This document shows positions 6,376 to 14,839 of a DNA stretch of 37,625 nt, piece by piece. The stretch's first letter is position 1, and every line of letters starts with the position of its first letter. Location of the stretch: positions 1 through 37,625 of the forward strand of contig CAZNTD010000003.1 of NCBI GenBank assembly GCA_964575915.1, read 5' to 3'. Under the pieces are notes generated by a model. The model did not search any database and was not told where the DNA came from. It was given only the letters and a program-made list of their open reading frames with translations. The stretch is from an uncultured archaeon. Its GTDB lineage: Archaea; Nanohalarchaeota; Nanosalinia; Nanosalinales; Nanohalalkaliarchaeaceae. The translations under genes were made by a program, and so were the position numbers.

Positions 6376-7128
6376 CTACAGGTCGAAACCGACCTTCCCG
6401 TAGAACCGGTCGGTCATCTCGAGGACGTGGTCCGCGACGTCCTGCGGCTCCAGGCCGACCCGCTCCAGGATGTCGCTGTGGAACAGCACGATCTGCTCGG
6501 ACCGCTCCCGGAAGTAGGCGGCCTGATCCGTGATGCGCTCCCGGTCCGTGTCCGTCGCCGTCTCCACGACATCCTGCAGGTAGTGCACAAGCTGCTCCTC
6601 GTTGTCCCGCTTCTGCTGCCGGACGTGGTCCGCGATGTCCCGGAACAGCGGCTCGTCCACCGAACGCATCTCGTCGAGTACGCCGTACCCGACCGTCCCA
6701 CCGAGGACACCCATCCCGAGCAGGAGCGTGGTCAGGTCCTCGTCCGCCGACATCTTGCTCAGCATCTCCTTGGTCTGCGGCGCGATCTCGGTGTGGGCGT
6801 TCACCTTGCCCAGGTACCGGCCCCACACGTCCACGTTCCGCATCTTCGAGAACGCCAGGAACAGCGCCAGCTTCTTGACCTCGATGTCCTCCGCGTGCTC
6901 CAGCAGCCGGCCGCACAGCATCAGGTGCGACGCGTTGCTGTAATGGAACTGTGTCGCGGCCTCGGCGAGCGCCTCCCGCGTCTCCCCGTCCACGGTGATG
7001 TCCCGGTCCCAGTCGATGTCCCTGGACGGGCTCCACCCGTCCGCGGCCTCCTTGTACAGGACGCCCTCGAAGTTGAGATCGGAATCACCGCTGTAGATAT
7101 CCTCGAACGGCAGTTCATCATGCGCCAT
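6376..7128 (-). CDS. Ferritin-like / di-iron-type helical protein, function unknown
   Basis: 250-aa acidic helical ORF with E/H-containing helices (EAATQFHYSNASH, RLLEHAED). The ATG at 7128 (MAHDELPF) is preferred over the GTG at 7137. It overlaps the upstream HAD gene end by 11 nt. Confidence 0.6.
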   Translation of the reverse strand: MAHDELPFEDIYSGDSDLNFEGVLYKEAADGWSPSRDIDWDRDITVDGETREALAEAATQFHYSNASHLMLCGRLLEHAEDIEVKKLALFLAFSKMRNVDVWGRYLGKVNAHTEIAPQTKEMLSKMSADEDLTTLLLGMGVLGGTVGYGVLDEMRSVDEPLFRDIADHVRQQKRDNEEQLVHYLQDVVETATDTDRERITDQAAYFRERSEQIVLFHSDILERVGLEPQDVADHVLEMTDRFYGKVGFDL

Positions 7129-8146
7129 CGGGAGCACCTCGAGCCAGCGCTGCCTGCCAGTCGTCGTCCGACGCGAGCAGGGTCAGGAAGTCCTCGATGC
7201 TGTCCACCGAGACGATCCGTTTCTCCCGCCCCCCGTCGGCCCCGGCAAGCCGCTGCACGATGTCCCCTACAGATCTAATGTTAAATACCTGCGGCTGATC
7301 CTCCTGCTCGTCGGCCACTCGTTCGTGCACCATGTCCGTCGTGAAGCCGTCCGCCGGGTTGACCAGGGCGATGTTGGACGCGGCCGAGAACAGCGGCAGG
7401 TCCTCCGGCGTGTCACCCATCGCGAGCGACCGTCCGTTCATCGACGACCGCTGCTCGATGTCCGTCACGACGGCTCCCTTCCCGGACTCCCGCAGCATGC
7501 TCCGCTCGAGGTGGTCCGCGTACCGGCCGTCACCGTCCGTCGCCACGACCGTGCCGTACACGTTCTCCCGGCCGAACTCGCCGCCGTAGATGGTCTCGGC
7601 GAACGGTTCCAGCACCTCCTGCGGGTTGAGCGAGGCCAGGTAGACATCGTACCCCCGGCCGCGCAGCTCCCCGATGAGGTTGTTCACCGACCGTGGGATG
7701 TCCGGCTCGATCTCGTCGATGTACGCCTCCGCGACCCGCTCGACATCGCTCTTCGCCATCCGCTCGATGCCATCGACCCAGTGCTTCGTGATGGCGCGCG
7801 CGGTCGTCGCGTACGGCTGCTCCCCGTCCAGGTACGCCGCCCACTCGTCGTACATCCGCTCCAGTGCCCCGGGGTCGAACACCTCGCCGGTGCCTGAGCG
7901 CTCCAGCGCCCCGTCCATGGCCGCCCATTCGTCCCCGGAGAAGTACGCCTCGTCAGCATCGAACGACACGTCGATATCCGCCTCCAGCGCGTCGCCAGCG
8001 GTCTCCTCGAACAGGTACCGGGTGAACCCGACACCAAGCGGCAGGTCGGCCTGGTAGAGCGGTCCGTCAACATCGAGGATGGCAGCAGGGGCGTCCCGGC
8101 CGCTATCCGCCGTGTTCCCCATGGTCGAGGAGAGCATCGCCGTCAC
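7118..8146 (-). CDS. HAD-superfamily hydrolase (SerB-like / HAD-IB type with a large cap)
   Basis: Motif I is ILDVDGPL (DxD) and the late motif is MGDTPEDLPLF (GD..D). 342 aa from the GTG at 8146; an alternative ATG lies at 8137. A TATA-like element (rc CATTTTTAAATG, 8170-8181) lies about 28 nt upstream of 8146. Confidence 0.75.
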   Translation of the reverse strand: MTAMLSSTMGNTADSGRDAPAAILDVDGPLYQADLPLGVGFTRYLFEETAGDALEADIDVSFDADEAYFSGDEWAAMDGALERSGTGEVFDPGALERMYDEWAAYLDGEQPYATTARAITKHWVDGIERMAKSDVERVAEAYIDEIEPDIPRSVNNLIGELRGRGYDVYLASLNPQEVLEPFAETIYGGEFGRENVYGTVVATDGDGRYADHLERSMLRESGKGAVVTDIEQRSSMNGRSLAMGDTPEDLPLFSAASNIALVNPADGFTTDMVHERVADEQEDQPQVFNIRSVGDIVQRLAGADGGREKRIVSVDSIEDFLTLLASDDDWQAALARGAPDGA

Positions 8147-8234
8147 CTACCTCCCCTACCGACGATGACATTTAAAAATGGCTGCGTGGATGGCCGGGAA
8201 ACCGCTTTCAAGCCCGTGAAAACCCTGTAACGCG

Positions 8235-8342
8235 TCACGCCTCCATCATCTGGCGGCAGTCGTGGTCCTCCAGCCCCTCCTGGCTGTCGAACGTCGCCCC
8301 GCACGTCTCGCACCGGTACGACGGCCTGTCCGGGTCACCCAC
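8235..8342 (-). CDS. Candidate zinc-finger micro-protein (35 aa, GTG start)
   Basis: VGDPDRPSYRCETCGATFDSQEGLEDHDCRQMMEA has C-x2-C...H-x-C resembling C2H2/CPxCG-type haloarchaeal mini zinc fingers. The GTG (8342-8340) lies just inside the 3' end of the thioredoxin-like gene. There is no ATG in this frame. Confidence 0.3.
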   Translation of the reverse strand: MGDPDRPSYRCETCGATFDSQEGLEDHDCRQMMEA

Positions 8343-8607
8343 CGTCCATCTCCCCGTGCGCCCAGGCGACCAGCCGGTCGTACGGCGCCTCGCCGCAGAT
8401 CCAGCCGTCCGTCTCCGTGTTGTAGAAGAACGGCACCCCGCCGCACTTCCCGCCGTCCAGCTCCTGCTGCCGCTCCGCGTTCTCCTCGTCGTGCCACACC
8501 TCGAGCCGTTCGACCGAGACATCCTCGTTCTCTTCCAGCCGGTCGACCTTGTCCTCCATCGCCTCGCAGTGCGGGCACTCCCGCCCGTAGAACTCGATGA
8601 GCGTCAT
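8335..8607 (-). CDS. Thioredoxin/glutaredoxin-like protein
   Basis: 90 aa, starting MTLIEFYGRECPHCEAMEDKV with a CPHC active site, followed by GGVPFF (cis-Pro region). A TATA-like element (rc GTTTTTAAGG, 8630-8639) lies upstream. Confidence 0.85.
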   Translation of the reverse strand: MTLIEFYGRECPHCEAMEDKVDRLEENEDVSVERLEVWHDEENAERQQELDGGKCGGVPFFYNTETDGWICGEAPYDRLVAWAHGEMDGG

Positions 8608-8683
8608 ACCTTACTCTGACGCTCCCGCCTTAAAAACGTTCCACGTCGGAACCGGTTAAAACGTCCGGCCACATCTTCCGGAC

Positions 8684-9235
8684 ATGTCACCGCTCCCCGA
8701 ATCCCTCCGGGACACGCCGTACACGGCCGACCTGCACGAGGCGGACCGGCACAGCCGCGACCGGTTCGAACTGCGTCGCGACGGCGAGACGGTCGGCCGC
8801 GGCACCCACTTCCACGGCACCCGCCACATCGCCCCGTGGCTCGAACTCCAGCCCACGGCCACGTTCGACCCCGACCGCCCGGACCACCGCGCCCTCTTCG
8901 CCGCCCTGGCCGATGCCCTGGCACCGGGCGGCCACCTCATGGTCCACTACCTCGACGACACCACGACGGCGGAGGCCATCACCCGCGACGTTCCCCCGCC
9001 GGCGACCCCGGTCGGATTCCTGCTCTGGCACGCGGGCTGCCGCTGGTTCAAGGACTGGTACTTCACCGAGGGCTGGATGGAGGGCGACCAGAAGCTGCAG
9101 GGAAACCTGCCCGTCGATGCGGACCACCGCCGCGAACGCGAGGCGGCGACCCGGGAGACGCTCGACGCGTTCCTCGCCGATGCGCCCGCCGGAACATGTA
9201 AAACGCTCGCCGAACGCATCCGTGACACGCTATGA
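8684..9235 (+). CDS. Conserved hypothetical protein (possibly the archaeal DUF1122-like family)
   Basis: 183-aa ORF with a TATA-like GGTTAAAACG about 25 nt upstream. Its stop overlaps the next gene's ATG (ATGA at 9232-9235). The family assignment is from memory only. Confidence 0.55.
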   Translation: MSPLPESLRDTPYTADLHEADRHSRDRFELRRDGETVGRGTHFHGTRHIAPWLELQPTATFDPDRPDHRALFAALADALAPGGHLMVHYLDDTTTAEAITRDVPPPATPVGFLLWHAGCRWFKDWYFTEGWMEGDQKLQGNLPVDADHRREREAATRETLDAFLADAPAGTCKTLAERIRDTL

Positions 9236-9543
9236 CCGACGACCAGGACAGGGTCCGTGACTTCATCGACGCCGCCGACCTCGGTGGCGGCCCGTCCGAA
9301 TGGGTGCACGACCTCCAGAGCGAGCTGGGAGAAGTTTCGAAGGAGGTGCTGACGGCCTCCGACTATGGAGCGACCGAACCAGACTTCGACGAGGACATCC
9401 GGTCCGAACTCGGCGACCTCTACTTCTCCCTCCTCGGCCTCGCCGCCGCGCTCGACGTGGACCTCTCCGCCGCGCTCGATGACGCCCTGGAGAAGTACCG
9501 GGACCGGCTGGACGCGACCGGCGACCCCGGATCCGGCGACTGA
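9232..9543 (+). CDS. MazG-like nucleotide pyrophosphohydrolase domain protein
   Basis: 103-aa all-helical acidic protein. The E..E / E..D ladder (LQSELGEVSKEV ... IRSELGDLYFSLLGLA ... DDALEKY) is typical of single-domain MazG/NTP-PPase proteins. Confidence 0.7.
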   Translation: MTDDQDRVRDFIDAADLGGGPSEWVHDLQSELGEVSKEVLTASDYGATEPDFDEDIRSELGDLYFSLLGLAAALDVDLSAALDDALEKYRDRLDATGDPGSGD

Positions 9544-9583
9544 GCCGGCAAGATTGAAATAGGAGCCGGCCTACCATATCCTC

Positions 9584-10609
9584 ATGGGACCGGTTCTTCG
9601 CCGCGGTATCACCCCCGTCGTGGCCATCGTCCTGCTGCTCATGATGACCGTCGCCGCATCGGGTGGCGCCTACGCCTGGATGCAGAACGTCCAGGAGGAG
9701 GCCCGGGACCGGGCGCAGAGCGATCTCACGGCGAACCTCGCGGCGAAGGAGGTCATCTGCGACCGCGGCGCGGTCCGGCTCGCGGTCAAGAACAGCGGCG
9801 ACCGGCAGGTGCTGACAGGGGAGGCCGACCTCTACGTCACGGACCCGGACGGGGGTGTGGTCGCGACGCGCGACCTCGACCTGTCGGACTGGGACCTCTC
9901 CCCGGCCGGGTTCAACCGGTCCGCGTTCTTCCTCCCCGACGTCCTCTCCGAGGGGAACGCGTACGACATCGAACTGTCCTTCCCGCGCAGCGACGTGTCC
10001 CTGGAGACGTCGTGCGTCGCGGACGTGGGCGCGCTCGCCGTCGGGGTGTGGACGTTCGACGGGACCGTGGACGACGCGTCCGGCCACGGGAACGACGGCA
10101 CTGTCTCCACCACCGCCTACGTCTCCGGGAAGTTCGGGCAGGCCCATGACCGGAACGCCGGGTCGAACATCCCTGTGACGGATTCGTCATCGCTCGACCG
10201 CGCCTTCGGCGGCGACGAGATAACCATGTCCATCTGGGTCAAACCGTTCTCCTCGTCGGACTGGCAGGACATCATCGAGAAGAACAACGACCGCATCGAG
10301 TTCGGCGGGAACAGCGGTGACGCGACCGATGACCTCTGGGCGACGGTCTACAACCCCTCCGGCGGCAAGGTGTGCGGCGGCAACATGTACGCCACCGAGG
10401 TCATGACCGTCGGCGCCTGGAACCAGGTCATGTACACGTACTCCGCGGAATCCGGGAACGAACGGCTACGGGTCAACGGGACGGTCGTCGACTCCGCGTC
10501 CGGCTGCACCGACAGCATCCGCACATCGACCGCGGACCTCCGCCTCGCCCGCCACGCCCAGGACTACGTCCTCGACGAGGTCCAGCTCTATCCCATCGAG
10601 CTCCGCTGA
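9584..10609 (+). CDS. Archaeal type IV pilin-like protein (class III signal peptide) with C-terminal LamG/concanavalin-A-like lectin domain, copy 1
   Basis: The N-terminus is MGPVLRRG|ITPVVAIVLLLMMTVAASGGAYAW: basic residues, a G, then a hydrophobic helix, as in archaeal prepilins/DUF1628. The C-terminal half has the Laminin_G_3-like pattern VGVWTFDG...DASGHGNDGT...GKFGQA...ITMSIWVKP...VLDEVQLY. Confidence 0.8.
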   Translation: MGPVLRRGITPVVAIVLLLMMTVAASGGAYAWMQNVQEEARDRAQSDLTANLAAKEVICDRGAVRLAVKNSGDRQVLTGEADLYVTDPDGGVVATRDLDLSDWDLSPAGFNRSAFFLPDVLSEGNAYDIELSFPRSDVSLETSCVADVGALAVGVWTFDGTVDDASGHGNDGTVSTTAYVSGKFGQAHDRNAGSNIPVTDSSSLDRAFGGDEITMSIWVKPFSSSDWQDIIEKNNDRIEFGGNSGDATDDLWATVYNPSGGKVCGGNMYATEVMTVGAWNQVMYTYSAESGNERLRVNGTVVDSASGCTDSIRTSTADLRLARHAQDYVLDEVQLYPIELR

Positions 10610-11789
10610 CCCATCAACTCATTTAAGCGGACGGCTCCTGTAAAGAGGTATGCGCCGCGGTATCACGCCCGTCGTGGCCATCGTCCTGCTGCTCATGATG
10701 ACCGTCGCCGCATCGGGCGGCGCCTACGCCTGGATGCAGAACGTCCAGGAGGAGGCCCGGGACCGGGCGCAGAGCGATCTCACGGCGAACCTCGCGGCGA
10801 AGGAGGTCATCTGCGACCGCGGCGCGGTCCGGCTCGCGGTCAAGAACAGCGGCGACCGGCAGGTGCTGACAGGGGAGGCCGACCTCTACGTCACGGACCC
10901 GGACGGGGGTGTGGTCGCGACGCGCGACCTCGACCTGTCGGACTGGGACCTCTCCCCGGCCGGGTTCAACCGGTCCGCGTTCTTCCTCCCCGACGTCCTC
11001 TCCGAGGGGAACGCGTACGACATCGAACTGTCCTTCCCGCGCAGCGACGTGTCCCTGGAGACGTCGTGCGTCGCGGACGTGGGCGCGCTCGCCGTCGGGG
11101 TGTGGACGTTCGACGGGACCGTGGACGACGCGTCCGGCCACGGGAACGACGGCACTGTCTCCACCACCGCCTACGTCTCCGGGAAGTTCGGGCAGGCCCA
11201 TGACCGGAACGCCGGGTCGAACATCCCTGTGACGGATTCGTCATCGCTCGACCGCGCCTTCGGCGGCGACGAGATAACCATGTCCATCTGGGTCAAACCG
11301 TTCTCCTCGTCGGACTGGCAGGACATCATCGAGAAGAACAACGACCGCATCGAGTTCGGCGGGAACAGCGGTGACGCGACCGATGACCTCTGGGCGACGG
11401 TCTACAACCCCTCCGGCGGCAAGGTGTGCGGCGGCAACATGTACGCCACCGAGGTCATGACCGTCGGCGCCTGGAACCAGGTCATGTACACGTACTCCGC
11501 GGAATCCGGGAACGAACGGCTACGGGTCAACGGGACGGTCGTCGACTCCGCGTCCGGCTGCACCGACAGCATCCGCACATCGACCGCGGACCTCCGCCTC
11601 GCCCGCCACGCCCAGGACTACGTCCTCGACGAGGTCCAGCTCTATCCCATCGAGCTCCGCTGACCCATCAACTCATTTAAGCGGACGGCTCCTGTAAAGA
11701 GGTATGCGCCGCGGTATCACGCCCGTCGTGGCCATCGTCCTGCTGCTCATGATGACCGTCGCCGCATCGGGCGGCGCCTACGCCTGGAT
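9599..11789. repeat. Tandem direct repeat, period 1054 bp: two full units (9599-10652, 10653-11706) plus an 83-bp partial third unit (11707-11789)
   Basis: Reading the two units side by side, only two mismatches were seen (9613 C vs 10667 G; 9664 T vs 10718 C). Every six-frame ORF in unit 1 recurs with an identical translation exactly 1054 nt later. Confidence 0.9.
10650..11663 (+). CDS. Archaeal type IV pilin-like protein with LamG-type lectin domain, copy 2 (identical to copy 1 from RRGITPVV onward)
   Basis: The 337-aa product is identical to copy 1 after the first residues. A TATA-like CTCATTTAAGCGG lies about 25 nt upstream. Confidence 0.8.
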   Translation: MRRGITPVVAIVLLLMMTVAASGGAYAWMQNVQEEARDRAQSDLTANLAAKEVICDRGAVRLAVKNSGDRQVLTGEADLYVTDPDGGVVATRDLDLSDWDLSPAGFNRSAFFLPDVLSEGNAYDIELSFPRSDVSLETSCVADVGALAVGVWTFDGTVDDASGHGNDGTVSTTAYVSGKFGQAHDRNAGSNIPVTDSSSLDRAFGGDEITMSIWVKPFSSSDWQDIIEKNNDRIEFGGNSGDATDDLWATVYNPSGGKVCGGNMYATEVMTVGAWNQVMYTYSAESGNERLRVNGTVVDSASGCTDSIRTSTADLRLARHAQDYVLDEVQLYPIELR

Positions 11790-12822
11790 CAGTTCGACGA
11801 CGGAGCAGGCACAGGACGAGGCGTCGCGATCACTGGCCACACACCTCGACGTGCGCGAGTCCCGGTGCGCCGGCACACGGGCTGTCGTCGGCATCAAGAA
11901 CAACGGCGACCGCACGCTTGCGGACGACACCGTCACCGCCTACCTGTCCGCGGACAGCGATCTGGTGGCGACCCGGGAGAAGAACGTGTCCGATGCGGCG
12001 GTGCTCCAGCCTGGCGGCTTCACCACGCTCTACCTCTCCTTCACCGCGGTCATGGACGCGGGCCGCACCTACACGGTCGAGGTCCGGTTCCCGGACAGCG
12101 ACGCGGCGGTCACGGCCACCTGCGACGCCGGCTCGACCGGCCTGGTCAACTACTGGAGCTTCGACGAGGACGACCGGGACGCTGACACCGGCCCCTACCA
12201 CGATCTGGTGCAGGGCAACGATGCCTTCCTCAGCGACGAGAACACGAGCAACGGCGACGGCGACTCCCCGGCCACGCTCACGACCGGCATCATCGGCGAC
12301 GCACTGCTCCACGACGGCATCGACGACGCGACCCACCTGCCCATCACCATCAACGACTTCGATACGCGGGAGGGCCCCATCACCCTGTCGGCCTGGGTGA
12401 AGCCGGTCACGATGCCGGCGGAGACATCGGTCGTGGTCGGGGACGGCTGGGGCTGGGAGATCGGGTTCACCGCGAACAGTGTCCAGCAGATATACGCCCG
12501 GACCCAGGGAACGTACGGCGCCACCCCGGTCTCGACCGGCGAGTGGTACATGCTCACGATCACGCACGACCACGGTCCCGACCCGTCCGACCTGACCGAC
12601 ACGACCGCCAAGTTTTACGTGAACGACACGCTCCAGGCGACCGTGACCCGGGACGTTTCCTCCGGATCGGACTACATCGAAGGAACCTACTACATCGGCG
12701 GCGATGGCGGTTCTCCGACCATCCCGGATGAGTTCTTCAACGGGGTCGTGGACGAGGTCCGCATCTTCGACCGGCCCATCAGCGAGCGTGCCGTCACCGA
12801 GCTGTACGAGGCCGGCCGCTAG
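11704..12822 (+). CDS. Archaeal type IV pilin-like protein with a divergent LamG-type lectin domain
   Basis: It has the same 5' 86 nt and the same upstream region as copy 2, then diverges. LamG-like motifs: LVNYWSFDED...GIIGDALLHDG...ITLSAWVKP...FNGVVDEVRIFDRPISERAVTELY. Confidence 0.8.
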   Translation: MRRGITPVVAIVLLLMMTVAASGGAYAWISSTTEQAQDEASRSLATHLDVRESRCAGTRAVVGIKNNGDRTLADDTVTAYLSADSDLVATREKNVSDAAVLQPGGFTTLYLSFTAVMDAGRTYTVEVRFPDSDAAVTATCDAGSTGLVNYWSFDEDDRDADTGPYHDLVQGNDAFLSDENTSNGDGDSPATLTTGIIGDALLHDGIDDATHLPITINDFDTREGPITLSAWVKPVTMPAETSVVVGDGWGWEIGFTANSVQQIYARTQGTYGATPVSTGEWYMLTITHDHGPDPSDLTDTTAKFYVNDTLQATVTRDVSSGSDYIEGTYYIGGDGGSPTIPDEFFNGVVDEVRIFDRPISERAVTELYEAGR

Positions 12823-13388
12823 TCCTGGAACAGCCCGTCCATGTCCATCCACGAGACCTGTGATTCAGCCGCGACGTGCCAGGCGACCGCGACGGCCTCC
12901 GCGGCCTCCTGCTTGCTCGCCCCTTCGTTCTGCGCCTGGGTCACGTGCGCCTCGGTGCAGTGCTCGCACCGCGACACGACCGAGACCCCGATGCCGACGA
13001 GTTCCGCGACGCGTTCCGCCAGCGGTCCCTCGTCGAAGATGGCGGTGTGGAACTCCCCGAACGCCCTGGACGCGTCCGGCAGCATCCGCTTGTACCATGC
13101 GTGGTCCAGCAGTTCCTCGTATTTCTCCTCCATCCAGTATATCTGGGTGGAGCCGGTGGTGAGCCACGCCACCCCGAGCGCCCCGGCGATCTGCTCGTCC
13201 GACGCGCCGTGCTCCCGTGCCCGTTCCACGTGCCGCTCCACGCTCTCCTCGCTCCGCATGACGCACGCGGTCGCGATGGCGACGAGCTCCTTCTCCACCC
13301 GGTCCAGGTCGCCCTCCTCGTACACCTGCTTCTCGAAGATGTCGAACGAGTCGCGCGCCTTCGGCAGGTGGTCGTCGAGCCAGTCCAT
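12819..13388 (-). CDS. Carboxymuconolactone decarboxylase / AhpD-like family protein (two CMD repeats)
   Basis: 189 aa with an AhpD-like C-x2-C (SRCEHCTEAH) and a second degenerate repeat (ACVMRSEESVERH). Its stop overlaps the pilin-3 stop in the CTAG at 12819-12822. Confidence 0.75.
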   Translation of the reverse strand: MDWLDDHLPKARDSFDIFEKQVYEEGDLDRVEKELVAIATACVMRSEESVERHVERAREHGASDEQIAGALGVAWLTTGSTQIYWMEEKYEELLDHAWYKRMLPDASRAFGEFHTAIFDEGPLAERVAELVGIGVSVVSRCEHCTEAHVTQAQNEGASKQEAAEAVAVAWHVAAESQVSWMDMDGLFQD

Positions 13389-13426
13389 GCCAGAACGGTT
13401 CCCGCGCCGGCATTAATAGGTTCCGG

Positions 13427-14833
13427 TCAGTCCCGCGGCGGGTTGTACTTGTGGATGGCCCGTCCTACCGCGTCCTCGCACGCCTCCTTGAACGCTTCCG
13501 ACAGGGTCGGATGGGCGTGGACGGTCGCGGCGATGTCCTCCACCACCGCGCCCATCTCGAGCGCGAGCGTGGCCTCCGCCACGAGTTCGGAGACGCGCGG
13601 CCCCACCATCTCCGCCCCGAGCAGCGCCCCGCTTTCCGCATCCGTCACCACGCGCACGAAGCCGTCGTCCCGCGCCAGGGTCGCGGCACGGCCGGACGCC
13701 CCGAACGCGAACTTGCCCACGGATACCTCGAACCCGGAATCCTCCGCCTCCGCCCGGCTCATCCCGACGGTCGCCACCTCCGGGTCGGTGTAGATGACCG
13801 CGGGGACCACGAAGTCGGCCGCCGTCGACTCACCGGCGATGGCTCCCGCCGCCACCGCACCCTCCTGGTATCCCTTGTGCGCCAGCATCGGCTCGCCCGC
13901 GATGTCACCGACCGCGTAGATCCCCTCGGCGGCTTTCATCTGCTCGTCCGTCTCCACGAACCCGTCGTCGTCCAGCTCCGCACCGGTGTTCTCCAGCCCG
14001 ACATCGTCCGTGTTCGGTTCCCGTCCGACGGCAACGAGCACCGCGTCCGCCTCCACCGTCTCGTCGCCGAGCGTGACGGTCGCTGTCCCGTCCGCCACGG
14101 CCACGTCGTCAGCGGTGGTGCCTGCCCGGATATCCATCCCGAGATCCTCCGCCCGCGTCTCCACCGGTGTCACGAGGTCGGCGGGCAGGTGCGGCAGGAT
14201 GCGCTCCCCGGCCTCGACCACGGTCACGTCGCTCCCGAGTTTCTGGTACACCATCCCGAGTTCCATCCCGATGTAGCCGCCGCCGATGACGACCATCCGG
14301 TCCGGGACCTCGTCCAGCTCCAGCGCCTCGGCCGAGGTGATGACGGTCTCGCCGTCGATGTCGATGCCGGGGATCTCGACGATGGACGAGCCGGTGGCGA
14401 CGATGCAGTCGTCGAACGACACGGTCTCCGAGCCGTCGGACCCGTCCACGTGCGCCTCGCCAGGCCCCTTCAGGTACGCGTCTCCCTTCACGACCGTGAC
14501 ACCGTACCGCTCCTCCAGCATCTTCACCCCGGACGTCAGCTTGTCGACGACCTGCTGCCGCCACTCCTGCAACGTATCCATATCCAGCTCCGGCTCCGCC
14601 GAGATGCCGATATCCGCGCTGTTCCCGGCCTCGTGGAACAGGTCGCTCGCGTGGATGACCGCCTTCGATGGGATGCAGCCCTCGTTGAGACAGACCCCTC
14701 CGAGCGATGCGCGCCGGTCGACCAGCGTCACGTCCAGCCCGTGCTGCGCGGCCCGGATGGCGGCAAGGTATCCGGCCGGCCCGGCCCCGATGACCAGCAG
14801 GCCGGTCTCCGTCTCCATATCTCCGACGACCAT
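13427..14833 (-). CDS. lpdA: Dihydrolipoyl dehydrogenase (E3)
   Basis: FAD motif LLVIGAGPAGYLAAIRAA, redox disulfide GGVCLNEGCIPSK, NAD motif VVIGGGYIGMELG, C-terminal HAHPTLSE. 468 aa. Confidence 0.95.
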   Translation of the reverse strand: MVVGDMETETGLLVIGAGPAGYLAAIRAAQHGLDVTLVDRRASLGGVCLNEGCIPSKAVIHASDLFHEAGNSADIGISAEPELDMDTLQEWRQQVVDKLTSGVKMLEERYGVTVVKGDAYLKGPGEAHVDGSDGSETVSFDDCIVATGSSIVEIPGIDIDGETVITSAEALELDEVPDRMVVIGGGYIGMELGMVYQKLGSDVTVVEAGERILPHLPADLVTPVETRAEDLGMDIRAGTTADDVAVADGTATVTLGDETVEADAVLVAVGREPNTDDVGLENTGAELDDDGFVETDEQMKAAEGIYAVGDIAGEPMLAHKGYQEGAVAAGAIAGESTAADFVVPAVIYTDPEVATVGMSRAEAEDSGFEVSVGKFAFGASGRAATLARDDGFVRVVTDAESGALLGAEMVGPRVSELVAEATLALEMGAVVEDIAATVHAHPTLSEAFKEACEDAVGRAIHKYNPPRD

Positions 14834-14839
14834 ATCGGG

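Noticed and set aside
9263-11201. Minus-strand ORFs 9263..10147 and 10623..11201 and other duplicated small ORFs inside the pilin genes.
   Set aside because: They are Arg/Gly/Pro-rich antisense frames, and they recur only because the underlying 1054-bp DNA unit is duplicated.
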